A stretch of DNA of 64,000 bases, from NCBI GenBank assembly GCA_964548275.1, contig CAZJQI010000008.1, forward strand, positions 14,286 through 78,285, in the 5' to 3' direction. The translations under genes were made by a program, and so were the position numbers. Positions 17,558 through 27,523 of this stretch are shown here, piece after piece. Below the pieces are notes generated by a model. It was given only the letters and a program-made list of their open reading frames with translations, had not been told where the DNA came from and ran no database searches. This DNA is from an uncultured Gemmatimonadales bacterium (GTDB lineage Bacteria; Gemmatimonadota; Glassbacteria; GWA2-58-10). Each line of letters opens with the position of its first letter. Position 1 is the first letter of the stretch.

Positions 17558-19348
17558 TCAGGTGGTCGCCCTTTTCAGGTCATTCTGCTCGGTCTCGTGG
17601 CGGAACTGCTCCAGCCGGTAGATGATCGAGCCGAGAACGAAAGACAGGGCGATCATCAGAATGCCTTTCAGAGGTGAGCCGAGAAAGATCGAACCCAGGC
17701 CGAAAATAAAGGAGAAAAGGCCCCCCGCACCCAGAGCGAAAGAAATGAGGTTAGACGAGAGAGGAGGACCGGCTGGCAATTTCTCCTGGTCCACCTGTGC
17801 GGTGATCCGCTGCCAGCCCGGGCCGCCCGGATTGGCCCTTCTTACGAAGCTTTTCAACTTCTCTTCAGACACGGGATCGGTCAGGAAAGTAACCGATAGC
17901 CATCCTGCCACGCTGAAAAGGCAGATAAAAACGTAGCGCTGCCACTCCGGAAAAACTATTCCGTACATCTCCAGCACGTTGATTGTGATACAGCCTATTA
18001 CCGAAAGTATGTAGGCCGTGATCTCGGTCCAGGCATTAACACGCCACCAGAACCAGCGCGCCAGCCACACCGCGCCGAGCCCGCTGAACAGTTCGGCCAT
18101 GAACTTCCAGGCATCAGCTATAGATTCAGTTATGCTCCAGACGCCGATTCCGGCAACGAGCACCACCATCATTGCCCCGCGGCCCACCCAGATATAGTGC
18201 CGTTGCGAGGCGTTCTTGCGCACGAAGCGCTTGTAGAAATCGTTTATCATGTAGCTCGAGCCCCAGTTGATCAGGGCGTCCACGCTGGACATGAATGCTG
18301 CCAGGAAAGCAGCGAACATGATCCCCCTCATACCGGCGGGAAGGTATTTCTTGATCATCATCGGATAAGCCAGCTTGTGGTCGGTCAGCTCGGGAAAATC
18401 GGCCATGCTGATAAGCGCCACCAGAATCCAGGGCCACATCAGGAAGGCGTAGTAGACAATGTTGAACCACACGCCGGCGAAAAATGCGTGCTTCTCGTTT
18501 TTGGTGGCCATGATCCTCTGGATAAACATACCGTTGCCGTCAGCCTTTTCGCTCGACCACCAGATCACGAAAATGTAAACGAAAAAGAGGGTCCAGGTGA
18601 ACTCGTTCCCTGTCTTGACAAAAGGCTTGACCACTTCCTCGCCCACCGGGACAAAGCTCAACAGCCCCTGGGCGGTCGAGTTGCCGAAAACCTCGATGAG
18701 CCGGGCTTCGATCCCGGAAAAGCCTCCGACTGCGCCGATAGCCACCACTGCGAGGAAAACCGAACCGAAAAAGGCGATGCAGAACTGGATCACTTCATTG
18801 GCAACAATGCCCCAGAGACCGGCTGCCAGGGCGTAGATCATTGTCACCCCGAGCATGACTGCCAGGGCCAGGTACTCGTTCCAGCCCAGCAGCACGGTGA
18901 TAAAACTCTGCATGGCCAGCATGATAAAACCGATATTGAGCGCGCTGAAAGCGATGCCGTAGAAAATGCTCTGGAAGCCTCGCAGGAAACCTGCCGAGCG
19001 GCCCTCGTAGCGTTCCTCGATTATCTCAAGCTCGGTAAGAATTTTCGCCCTTCGCCAGAAACGGACGAAAAGAAAAGTGGCGCAGAGGTTGCTCAGTGCG
19101 AAACACCAGAGGAACCAGTTTCCGGCAATCCCGTTGCGCCGCACCAGCTCGGTGACCATGAAAGGAGTGTCTGCAGCAAAACCCATTGCCGCGATCGAGG
19201 TGCCGGCAACCCACCAGGGCAGGGCTCTTCCGCTCAGGAAAAAATCCTCCATGCTCTTCCCGGCCCGCTTGGTAAAGTAAATCCCCACACCGATCACGAT
19301 AGCGAAATAAGCCACGATTACTATCAGATCTACAACATTCAATTCCAT
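17558..19348 (-). CDS. Sodium:solute symporter family (SSF) transporter with C-terminal extension
   Basis: From ATG 19348: MELNVVDLIVIVAYFAIVIGVGIYFTKRAGKSMEDFFLSGRALPWWVAGTSIAAMGFAADTPFMV is the typical SSF N-terminus. Multiple TM helices follow, plus ~100 aa of extra C-terminal TM segments. Confidence 0.8.
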   Translation of the reverse strand: MELNVVDLIVIVAYFAIVIGVGIYFTKRAGKSMEDFFLSGRALPWWVAGTSIAAMGFAADTPFMVTELVRRNGIAGNWFLWCFALSNLCATFLFVRFWRRAKILTELEIIEERYEGRSAGFLRGFQSIFYGIAFSALNIGFIMLAMQSFITVLLGWNEYLALAVMLGVTMIYALAAGLWGIVANEVIQFCIAFFGSVFLAVVAIGAVGGFSGIEARLIEVFGNSTAQGLLSFVPVGEEVVKPFVKTGNEFTWTLFFVYIFVIWWSSEKADGNGMFIQRIMATKNEKHAFFAGVWFNIVYYAFLMWPWILVALISMADFPELTDHKLAYPMMIKKYLPAGMRGIMFAAFLAAFMSSVDALINWGSSYMINDFYKRFVRKNASQRHYIWVGRGAMMVVLVAGIGVWSITESIADAWKFMAELFSGLGAVWLARWFWWRVNAWTEITAYILSVIGCITINVLEMYGIVFPEWQRYVFICLFSVAGWLSVTFLTDPVSEEKLKSFVRRANPGGPGWQRITAQVDQEKLPAGPPLSSNLISFALGAGGLFSFIFGLGSIFLGSPLKGILMIALSFVLGSIIYRLEQFRHETEQNDLKRATT

Positions 19349-19562
19349 CGGTCTTGGCTCCCTTGCACCAGGTAAGTATCCGGATGTGTGTTTATAAGTT
19401 GCTAATTGAAAGATCAGGCGATAATTTACATTTATGTAGCTTCCAGAACAAGGACAAAAGCTTTCTGTCCCCTGCAAATTGATTTTTAACGACCTCTGCC
19501 TTTAAGTCCATGAATATAGTCGGATACTGATATCAAAAGCCTGGTTAAAAGGAGCATCGGCA

Positions 19563-21872
19563 ATGACCAAAAGCAGTCTGGCAGTGGCTTTAATGTTGAT
19601 TTTTGCGCACTTGAACGATCTCTGCGGCATTGACCTTCATCTCTATGAGGAAAGTTATCTGGACAGAGTATCGGAGCCGGTTACCTGCGGCGTTCCTTTG
19701 GCCCGGGGATACTGCAATTCGGCGGACGAGCTGGTTTTGAAAATCGGTGGTCAGCCTGTGCCGGTTGAAATCCGCGAGGTCAGCCGCTGGCCGGACGGTT
19801 CTTTGCGATGGGTTCATCTTGATTTCCAGGTAAGTGTGCCCGAAGGACGCCTGATTACTGCCTCGCTGGACAAGGGAAAGAGAGCCCCGGTGGATTCAAA
19901 GCTTAAAGTTGAAAAAACACCGCGTGCGATAACTGTCTCCACCGGCAGGCTCAAAGTCGAGGTCTCCCGGAGAAATTTCAATGTCTTCAATCGCATTCAG
20001 GTTCCCAGCGAGGACGGCCGGTATTTCAGGACACTGGTCAATCCTCACAGGCGCGGACTGGTCGCCTGGGCCGGCAAACAGGAATTCCTTGCTGCTAATG
20101 ACACCCTCTCGGTCGTGGAAATCGAAAGCAGCGGGCCAATACGCCTTGTGCTGCGCGCCGAGGGAAACTTTCAGGACACCAACGGCTTGAAACTGTTCCA
20201 CTATATCTGCCGGCTTTATTTCTACAGCGATTCCCCTGTTGTCCGTCTTGCTTTCACTTTTGAAAACCGTGACCCGGTGATCGAAAACAAGGTAGCTCTT
20301 CAGGGCCTCCACGTGGAAATCCCGACCACGATCAGGGGCGCAGGCGGAGCCTATGATATCGGAAAGCCGGGGGGAGATGTTCAGGGAATTTTCCCAAGCA
20401 GGGTTTCAATGGCCTGGGCCCTTGTCAATTCATCCTCCCTGTCCAGTTTTGGAACGGAATCCTTCTTTGAAATCGCCGGCAGCCCGAAAGAGGAAAAATC
20501 CTCTGAACTGGGCTGGATCAGTCTGGGCTCATCCAAAGGCATGGTGGGGGTGGGACTGCGCTACTTCTGGCAGATGTGGCCCTCGATCCTGGAGGTGAAT
20601 GCCAGCGGCCTGATAAGGGCGGGTCTCTTTCCGCAAAGGTTAAACCGCTCGATCGATATCTATTCTGGGGTGGCCCGCACGCATTACCTGCGCTTTGCTT
20701 TTCTTGGCGTGGGCGATCCGGAACGTATAGGCTCCCTGGTGAACTCCTGCCAGCAGCCTCTTCTTGCACTGGCTTCAACCAGCTACTACTGCCAGGAAAC
20801 ACGTGCCTTCGGAAACATCTTCGACCGCGATCTCAGAAATTACCCGAAAGAAAACAGAAAGATTGTAGAACACGTTGATGGCGAGCTGGATTATGGCTAC
20901 AGTCACATGATGAATATGATTGATGAGCGCACCGTGAACGGGGTTACCCGCGACAGTTACGGGTTCCTGAACTGGGGAGACGGATTGCATTATGCATGGG
21001 TGCCCGGAGAGGATAGTGAGTTGAACCTTTCCTGGAACCACCACTATTACGACCTTCCCCATATGAGCTGTATCGAGTTCGCCAGAACCGGCTGTCTCTG
21101 CTGGCTGGATTGTTTCCTTCCGCAAGCCCATCACCTGATGGACGTGCATATGGTTCATTTCGATCCTGAAAATGAGCTTAACGGCCACAATCGCTACTGC
21201 CCGAGTACCGACCATGTTCGCCTGGACCCCAAGGATGCCTCGGATTACCAGACTGCAAAAGTCTACGTTCACCCAAACCAGAACCATTCGAAAACACAGG
21301 GCATGTTCGACCGGTACCTGCTTACAGGTGATGAAAGAAGCTTTGAGGTTGCTCTTAAGGCGCTCGAATTTGCGGCTTCATTCGGCGCTTACGGTGATTT
21401 CAAACAGCCCAGGGGCGCCGCCCACCAGGTGATGACACTGGTTTATGGCTACCGAATAACCGGAGATAAGCGTTACCTCGATATTGCCCGGAGTTCATTC
21501 GAAAAATGGTGGGAGCACTTTCAAACAACCGAAACGAAATTCACCAGGCGCTTTTTCCAGGTCGGGCTGCTGCTCGAGGCCTTTATTGATTTGTACGAGG
21601 AAACCGGGGACAGGAGAATTATCGAATTTACCAGGCAGGCAGTCGATTGGATGCTGGAGAACAGACCGAATGACAGGTTCCCCAACATGAGCCTGGCTCT
21701 GGGTTTCCTGTCTGCCAGGCCCAAGGAGCCGCGCTACACCGAAATGTTGAAAGAGTATCTTATGCTCTGGAAAGGTGTTCAGGGAAATCCGTTCAAGGAT
21801 TTCGCCATGCACGGCAGGAATGTCGCCAGGGCGCTTTATTATCTGTCAAACGAGGCCAGAGGCTCGAAATGA
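19563..21872 (+). CDS. Secreted protein, unassigned family, paralog 1 of a tandem triplet (N-terminal beta-rich region, C-terminal alpha-helical region)
   Basis: 769 aa with signal peptide. Blocks shared with paralogs 2 and 3: EPVTCGVP, VSRWPDGSLRWVHLDFQ, LFHYICRLYF, ENRDPVIENKVALQGLHVEIPT, WGDG(L/M)HYAW, WNHHYYDLPHM, HHLMDVHMVHF, NRYCP.TDHV, HSKTQG(M/L)FDRY..TGDER, FKQPRGAA.QV. Confidence 0.7.
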   Translation: MTKSSLAVALMLIFAHLNDLCGIDLHLYEESYLDRVSEPVTCGVPLARGYCNSADELVLKIGGQPVPVEIREVSRWPDGSLRWVHLDFQVSVPEGRLITASLDKGKRAPVDSKLKVEKTPRAITVSTGRLKVEVSRRNFNVFNRIQVPSEDGRYFRTLVNPHRRGLVAWAGKQEFLAANDTLSVVEIESSGPIRLVLRAEGNFQDTNGLKLFHYICRLYFYSDSPVVRLAFTFENRDPVIENKVALQGLHVEIPTTIRGAGGAYDIGKPGGDVQGIFPSRVSMAWALVNSSSLSSFGTESFFEIAGSPKEEKSSELGWISLGSSKGMVGVGLRYFWQMWPSILEVNASGLIRAGLFPQRLNRSIDIYSGVARTHYLRFAFLGVGDPERIGSLVNSCQQPLLALASTSYYCQETRAFGNIFDRDLRNYPKENRKIVEHVDGELDYGYSHMMNMIDERTVNGVTRDSYGFLNWGDGLHYAWVPGEDSELNLSWNHHYYDLPHMSCIEFARTGCLCWLDCFLPQAHHLMDVHMVHFDPENELNGHNRYCPSTDHVRLDPKDASDYQTAKVYVHPNQNHSKTQGMFDRYLLTGDERSFEVALKALEFAASFGAYGDFKQPRGAAHQVMTLVYGYRITGDKRYLDIARSSFEKWWEHFQTTETKFTRRFFQVGLLLEAFIDLYEETGDRRIIEFTRQAVDWMLENRPNDRFPNMSLALGFLSARPKEPRYTEMLKEYLMLWKGVQGNPFKDFAMHGRNVARALYYLSNEARGSK

Positions 21873-21899
21873 ATAAGCCTGCAAGGCACGGATCGCTCT

Positions 21900-22070
21900 T
21901 TAACCGAAAAAAATTCCTCGAAGCTCTGCTCCGTGGTAGCCCACTCCTGAGACAAACGTAGGGGCAACCGGCAGGTTGCCCGCGGGGTGGGGATGAAATT
22001 GTGGCATCAAATTTATAAAAAGAATTCCGAACAGATACACCGCGGCTTGCCGCGGGGTAGATCATTTGAT
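21900..22070. repeat. Dispersed intergenic element, copy A (between paralogs 1 and 2)
   Basis: Left motif gaaaaaaattcctcgaagctctgctccgtggta, internal hairpin ggcaacc-ggca-ggttgcc, right motif gatacaccgcggcttgccgcggggtagatcatttgat with embedded tight hairpin ccgcggc-tt-gccgcgg. Confidence 0.6.
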
Positions 22071-22107
22071 TTTGATAATATAACTCAGCCGGTAAGGACA
22101 TACGATC

Positions 22108-24417
22108 ATGTTAAAAAACTTGCTTGCCGTTTTAATAGCCCTGTTCATTACTGTTTCATCCGTTGGAGCGGTAAAACTCTCAGTTGAGGAAAGAAGCGGG
22201 ATTGTGCGGGTAAGCGAGCCTGTCACCTGCGGTGTGCCTTTTGCCGAAAGTGCTGTTTATTCGGAAGACAGCCTCGTTTTGCTGAGAGGCACCTTGCCTG
22301 TGCCGGTTGAAATCCGCCAGGTCAGCCGCTGGCCGGACGGCTCTTTGCGCTGGGTTCACCTGGATTTTCAGGCCAGTGCTGGGCCATGGGAAAACGTCCG
22401 CTTTTCTCTGGAAAAAGGTCCCGCTCAGCCTTTAGCTTCCAGTCTCGAGGTAAAGCGTACTGCCCGAGGCTTCACAGTCGAAACCGGAAAGATAAAGGTC
22501 GAGGTGAAAAGGCGGGGTTTCAATGTATTTAACCGCGTCCTGCTTGCCGGGGAAAACGGAGATTTTGTGAAGGAACTTGTTGCTCCGCACAGTCGCGGAC
22601 TGGCCGCCTGGGCCGGTGGAGAGGAGTATCTTTCCGCCAATGACCAGGCCTCGACACTCCGGGTTGAAAGCTCAGGCCTCATGCGCGTGGTGCTGCGGGC
22701 GCAAGGAGAGTTGAAAAACAGATCGGGGAACAAGCTTTTTCATTATATCTGCCGGTTATATTTCTACAACGGCTCTCCAGTTGTCCGCCTTGTCGTGACT
22801 GTGGAAAACAGGAATCCGGTAATCGAAAACAAGGTCGCTCTTCAGGGACTTCACGTGGAAATTCCCACAACAATGGTTGAAAGCGGCACGGTTTTTCATA
22901 TCGGCGGCCGGGATAGACATCTGGAGGGCCGGTTTGCCGGTTACGGTTCCAATGCTTTTATTCTGGCGCCCTCCTCGGAGCGCTACACTTACGGTGGGGT
23001 GGTGGAAAGTTGGCCCGGCGGCAATGCCAAGACCGAAAGCTCGGACCGGCTGGGCTGGATTGGTATTGCAAGCTCTCGCGGCGCGGTGGCGGTTGGCTTG
23101 CGCGACTTCTGGCAGATGCATCCTTCAAGCCTGGAAGCAGCCTCGGATCAGGGCCTGCTGCTGGTCGGCCTTTTCCCCCTGCGGCTCGGCAGGTCGATTG
23201 ATATCTATTCCGGAGTGTCTCGTACCCACTACCTGCGCTTTGCCTTCACCAGCCAAAACGATCCCGAGTTGCTGTGCTCGCTGACCAGAGCCTGCCAGAA
23301 ACCTCTTACTGCTGTGGCCTCACCGGCCTATTACTGCCGGAAAAGCCGAGCTTTCGGCAAACTGGTAGAGCGAGAATTGTCTCTGTTCCCGGAAGAACAC
23401 CACGCGCTGGTTACCACGGTGCAGAGAGAAACGGACGGGGGTCTGGCCAATCTGCTCTCGCTGGTGGAATCCCGCACTAAAAACGGCGTGACAGTGGAGG
23501 GTTACGGCTATCTGGACTGGGGAGACGGAATGCATCATATCTGGGTGCCTGGAGTGAAAGACCCGCATAACATCTCCTGGAATGGTCATTACTATGATCT
23601 TCCTCATACCTGCTGCCTGGAATACGTGAGCACAGGCAACTGGCGGTACTACGACTTTTTCCTCAGCCGGGCCCAGCATTTGATGGATGTCCATATCGCG
23701 CATTTCGAGCCAGGTAACAAGCTTAACGGTGCCAACCGCTACTGCCCGCCCACCGACCATGTGAGAATCGATCCCAGAAGGCGGGGAGATTTCACCTCCG
23801 CCAGGGTTTACGTATCAAACTCGACCAATCACCACAAGACCCAGGGGCTTTTCGACCGTTTTTATCTTACCGGCGATGAACGGGCGCTCGAGGTGGCCCT
23901 GAAGGCTGTGGAATTCGCCAATTCTTTCGGGGCCTACCGGGATTTCAAACAGCCGCGCGGGGCTGGTTTCCAGGTCCTATCCCTGCTCGAGGCCTACCGT
24001 TACAGCGGCGAAGCCAGATACCTGGAAACCGCGAAAATGACATTCGAGGCCTGGTGGGAGCATTTCAGCACCACGGAGACCAAGTTCACCCGGGGCTATT
24101 TCATGGTCGGGTACCTGCTGGAGGCTTTCGTGGACTACTACGAGATTACCGGGGACAGCCGGGCTGTGGAATTCATCCGCCAGGCCGTGGACTGGATGAG
24201 CGCCAGCCGCCCGAACGACTTATTCTCCAACATGACACTGAGTATCGCCTTTCTGGCGCACCAGACCGGGGAGACCGAATATATCGAACTGGCGAAAAAA
24301 CACCTTTCCCGCTGGCACGGTGTCTGGGAAAACGCTTTCAAGGATTTCGGCCTTCACGGCAGGGGCATTGCCAGGGCGCTCTACTATTTTTCCGATCAAG
24401 CCAGAGGAAGCGATTGA
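22108..24417 (+). CDS. Secreted protein, unassigned family, paralog 2 of tandem triplet
   Basis: 769 aa with signal peptide. Colinear with paralog 1 along its entire length (by eye roughly 55-65% identical) and carries the same conserved blocks. Confidence 0.7.
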   Translation: MLKNLLAVLIALFITVSSVGAVKLSVEERSGIVRVSEPVTCGVPFAESAVYSEDSLVLLRGTLPVPVEIRQVSRWPDGSLRWVHLDFQASAGPWENVRFSLEKGPAQPLASSLEVKRTARGFTVETGKIKVEVKRRGFNVFNRVLLAGENGDFVKELVAPHSRGLAAWAGGEEYLSANDQASTLRVESSGLMRVVLRAQGELKNRSGNKLFHYICRLYFYNGSPVVRLVVTVENRNPVIENKVALQGLHVEIPTTMVESGTVFHIGGRDRHLEGRFAGYGSNAFILAPSSERYTYGGVVESWPGGNAKTESSDRLGWIGIASSRGAVAVGLRDFWQMHPSSLEAASDQGLLLVGLFPLRLGRSIDIYSGVSRTHYLRFAFTSQNDPELLCSLTRACQKPLTAVASPAYYCRKSRAFGKLVERELSLFPEEHHALVTTVQRETDGGLANLLSLVESRTKNGVTVEGYGYLDWGDGMHHIWVPGVKDPHNISWNGHYYDLPHTCCLEYVSTGNWRYYDFFLSRAQHLMDVHIAHFEPGNKLNGANRYCPPTDHVRIDPRRRGDFTSARVYVSNSTNHHKTQGLFDRFYLTGDERALEVALKAVEFANSFGAYRDFKQPRGAGFQVLSLLEAYRYSGEARYLETAKMTFEAWWEHFSTTETKFTRGYFMVGYLLEAFVDYYEITGDSRAVEFIRQAVDWMSASRPNDLFSNMTLSIAFLAHQTGETEYIELAKKHLSRWHGVWENAFKDFGLHGRGIARALYYFSDQARGSD

Positions 24418-24537
24418 ACGGCAATCCCGATATGTTATCCTTTTGCCTGAAGTAAAATTAAGGCTTGATAGAAATTTTGAGAACAACTACAGCAGATCCA
24501 AATTCAGGAAATCTCGCTGAATGAATGGGAGTCGGTT

Positions 24538-27486
24538 ATGAGAAACAGGCTGCTGCAGGCAGGTGTTTTGTTATTTTCACTGGCATCGGTTTTACATGCC
24601 ATAGAACTGACAGTGGCTGAACGCAGCGGAATCGGCCGGATAAACGAGTCGGTCACCTGCGGCGTTCCCCTGCCCGTGAGCTGGGTAAATTCAACTGATG
24701 AACTGGTGCTAAGGGTTTTCGGAGAAATCGTGCCTTGCGAATTCAGGGAAGTCGCTCACTGGCCAGACGGCTCTATTCGTTGGGTGCATCTGGATTTCCA
24801 GGCATCCGTGGAGGCCAATGCAAGGCTCTCCCTCTGGCTGGACAAGGGAACTCCGGCACAGTTTGATTCCAGGCTCGAGGTGGTTGAAGAACAGGGCAAG
24901 GTAACAGTATCTACCGGGAGAATCAGGGCCGAGGTTCTCGCGGCTGGATTTAACGTGTTCAACAGTGTCTGGATCGATACCGGATCGGATGGAGATTACG
25001 ACAAACAGCTGGTAAGCACGCACGACAGGGGTCTGGTCATGTGGGCAGAAGGCCAGGAGTACCTGAGTTCAGCTGACCAGAATACAGAATTAACTGTGGA
25101 AAGCCAGGGAACCATGCGGGTGGTGCTCAAAGCAGAGGGTGATCTCAAGAGCACCACCGGCGCAACCGGATTCCATTTTATCTGCCGCCTGTACTTTTTC
25201 AATAACTCCCCCCTTGTTCGCCTGGCTTACACCTTCGAAAACCGCAGCCCTTATCTGGAGGGCCGTGAGGACATGGTGACTCTGGAAGGCTTGCACGTGG
25301 AGCTGCCCACAGCAGATTCGCATTCCGAGTTCTTCCTCGGACTGCCTGATCAGGATCTGAAAGCGACATCTTCTGAGGCAGGAGGCAATCAAATCTATCT
25401 CGGCACCAGCGCTACGAACCAGTTGATCTACTACCATGGAGAAAGCCAGGACAACGTTGGTAATCCCAAGGCGCTGAAAACAGACCGCATCGGCTGGATC
25501 GGGATGGATGTTGTTGAAAGCGGGCAAGTAAAATCACTGGTTGGCATGGGCCTGCAGGATTTCTGGCAGATGCATCCAAGCACGCTGGAGGTGGATGCCG
25601 AAACCGGATTGATTACCGCCGGGCTTATCCCGTATAGACTTGACACTCCCATCGATATTTACTCCGGGGTGGCCCGCACCCATTATCTGCGTTTCGTCTT
25701 TTTGCACGAGGAGGAAGCCTCCAACCTGGGAAAGATGCTCGCCGCCTGCCAGAAACCCTTGCTTGCAATAGCCGAGCCTGAATATTACTGCAGGGACAGC
25801 AATACGTTCGGTAAGATAATGGAACGAAATCCCGCACTCTATCCGCCCGAGCACCTGGAGGAGGTTCAGCGCGTTGAGAGAGAGCTCGATCTGGGCCTGG
25901 AGGACCAGCTGCGCAAGCTCGACAACCGCACGAAAAACGATGTAACCTGGGAGAGTTACGGCTTTCTCAACTGGGGTGACGGCATGCACTACGCCTGGGA
26001 ACCCGGGGTTCACGTTGCGCGAAATATCGCCTGGAACCACCACTATTATGACCTTCCGCACATGAGCAGTGTCGAGTTCGTGCGCACAGGGGATTACCGC
26101 TGGCTGGATTATTTTCTCTCCCGTGCCCACCACCTGATGGATGTGCACATGGTTCATTTCGGTCCAGGCAAATACCTGAACGGCGCCAACCGCTACTGCC
26201 CTCCAACCGACCACGTGCGCAGAGATCCCACAGATGATAGCGATTACACTACTGCTCCGGTTTACGTATCACCTTACACCAATCACCACAAGACTCAAGG
26301 GTTGTTCGAGCGCTGGTATTTCACCGGGGATGAACGCAGCCTGGACTGCGCTCTCCGGGGAGCTGAATTCGCCAGATCGTTCGGCGGGTATCCTGATTAC
26401 AAGCAGCCGCGCGGCGCGGCTTTCCAGGTCCTGACCCTGCTTGCCGCCTACCAGTGCACCGGCGACGATAAATACCTCCTGACTGCAAAAACCACTTTCG
26501 ACACCTGGTACAGCTATTTCCGCAGCACGAGCATCAAGTTCACCCAGGGATATTTCATGGTGGGATTTCTGCTCGAGGCTTTTATCGACTACTATGAAAT
26601 CAGCGGCGACAGCAATGTCGTAGATTTTGTCAAGCAAGCAGTGGACTGGATGCGCGCCAACAGGCCAGAAGAAAAATATTCGAACATGGCGCACGGTATC
26701 GGTTTCCTGGCCGCACAACTCGAAGACCCTTCCTATACGACATTACAAAAAGAATACCTCACAAGCTGGTACGGCACCTGGTCAAACGCCTACAAGGATT
26801 TCGGCCTGAACGGCAGGAGTCTCGCCCGCGCACTGTATTACCTTTCTTATGAAGGACAGGGTTACGAACTGCGGATGACCGGAGACTACGATGATGACGA
26901 AGCCCTGACAATCAGCGACCTGGTCGCACTGCTGGTCAAAGGGATGCAGGATGAGTCAAACCCGGAGATAGATTTCAACCGGGACGGCAAGTACTCTATC
27001 ATGGATGCACTCGCCCTGCTGATATATATCCGCGGGCACAGCGCAGGTGTTTCACTGGCCGCAGCAGGCAGGGATCTGAACTCGAAATTCCGGCTCACCC
27101 CGGTAGAGCTGGCTGAGCTGTTGGAACAACTGGTCAAGCTGGATCTTACTGAAAGTGAATGGGAAGCGTTAAATTCGCTACTAGACCGTGAGCAACTGCC
27201 CAGGGCGTTCACCCTGTCGCAGAACCGGCCGAACCCGTTCAACCCCACCACGACTATCAGTTTCGGCATCCCCCAGGGGCGTGCTCTGGAAGTGAAGCTG
27301 GTTGTGTATAACCTTAGAGCGATGCTGGTAAAGGTGCTTGTGGAAGAGGTAAAAGAGCCGGGATATTACAGTGTGCTCTGGGACGGCACTGATAACCAGG
27401 GAAAAGCGATTGGGTCCGGGGTGTATTTTTACCGCCTCAGTGCAGGCGACTTTTCTGCTGTGCGCAAAATGGTTCTGATGAAATAA
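24538..27486 (+). CDS. Secreted protein, paralog 3 of tandem triplet, with added C-terminal dockerin-like module and T9SS C-terminal sorting domain
   Basis: First ~780 aa are colinear with paralogs 1 and 2. A dockerin-like stretch follows (DYDDDEALTISDLVALLVKGM...DFNRDGKYSIMDALALLIYIRG). The last ~85 aa (PNPFNPTTTISFGIPQGRALEVKLVVYNLRAMLVKVL...GVYFYRLSAGDFSAVRKMVLMK) match the T9SS / Por secretion tail pattern. Confidence 0.75.
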   Translation: MRNRLLQAGVLLFSLASVLHAIELTVAERSGIGRINESVTCGVPLPVSWVNSTDELVLRVFGEIVPCEFREVAHWPDGSIRWVHLDFQASVEANARLSLWLDKGTPAQFDSRLEVVEEQGKVTVSTGRIRAEVLAAGFNVFNSVWIDTGSDGDYDKQLVSTHDRGLVMWAEGQEYLSSADQNTELTVESQGTMRVVLKAEGDLKSTTGATGFHFICRLYFFNNSPLVRLAYTFENRSPYLEGREDMVTLEGLHVELPTADSHSEFFLGLPDQDLKATSSEAGGNQIYLGTSATNQLIYYHGESQDNVGNPKALKTDRIGWIGMDVVESGQVKSLVGMGLQDFWQMHPSTLEVDAETGLITAGLIPYRLDTPIDIYSGVARTHYLRFVFLHEEEASNLGKMLAACQKPLLAIAEPEYYCRDSNTFGKIMERNPALYPPEHLEEVQRVERELDLGLEDQLRKLDNRTKNDVTWESYGFLNWGDGMHYAWEPGVHVARNIAWNHHYYDLPHMSSVEFVRTGDYRWLDYFLSRAHHLMDVHMVHFGPGKYLNGANRYCPPTDHVRRDPTDDSDYTTAPVYVSPYTNHHKTQGLFERWYFTGDERSLDCALRGAEFARSFGGYPDYKQPRGAAFQVLTLLAAYQCTGDDKYLLTAKTTFDTWYSYFRSTSIKFTQGYFMVGFLLEAFIDYYEISGDSNVVDFVKQAVDWMRANRPEEKYSNMAHGIGFLAAQLEDPSYTTLQKEYLTSWYGTWSNAYKDFGLNGRSLARALYYLSYEGQGYELRMTGDYDDDEALTISDLVALLVKGMQDESNPEIDFNRDGKYSIMDALALLIYIRGHSAGVSLAAAGRDLNSKFRLTPVELAELLEQLVKLDLTESEWEALNSLLDREQLPRAFTLSQNRPNPFNPTTTISFGIPQGRALEVKLVVYNLRAMLVKVLVEEVKEPGYYSVLWDGTDNQGKAIGSGVYFYRLSAGDFSAVRKMVLMK

Positions 27487-27523
27487 ATCGGCTTAATCCT
27501 TTGCATCCGGAGGCAAGTGCCAA

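Noticed and set aside
18197-19375. 392-aa +strand ORF
   Set aside because: Antisense of the SSF transporter. His/Pro/Gly-rich low-complexity product.
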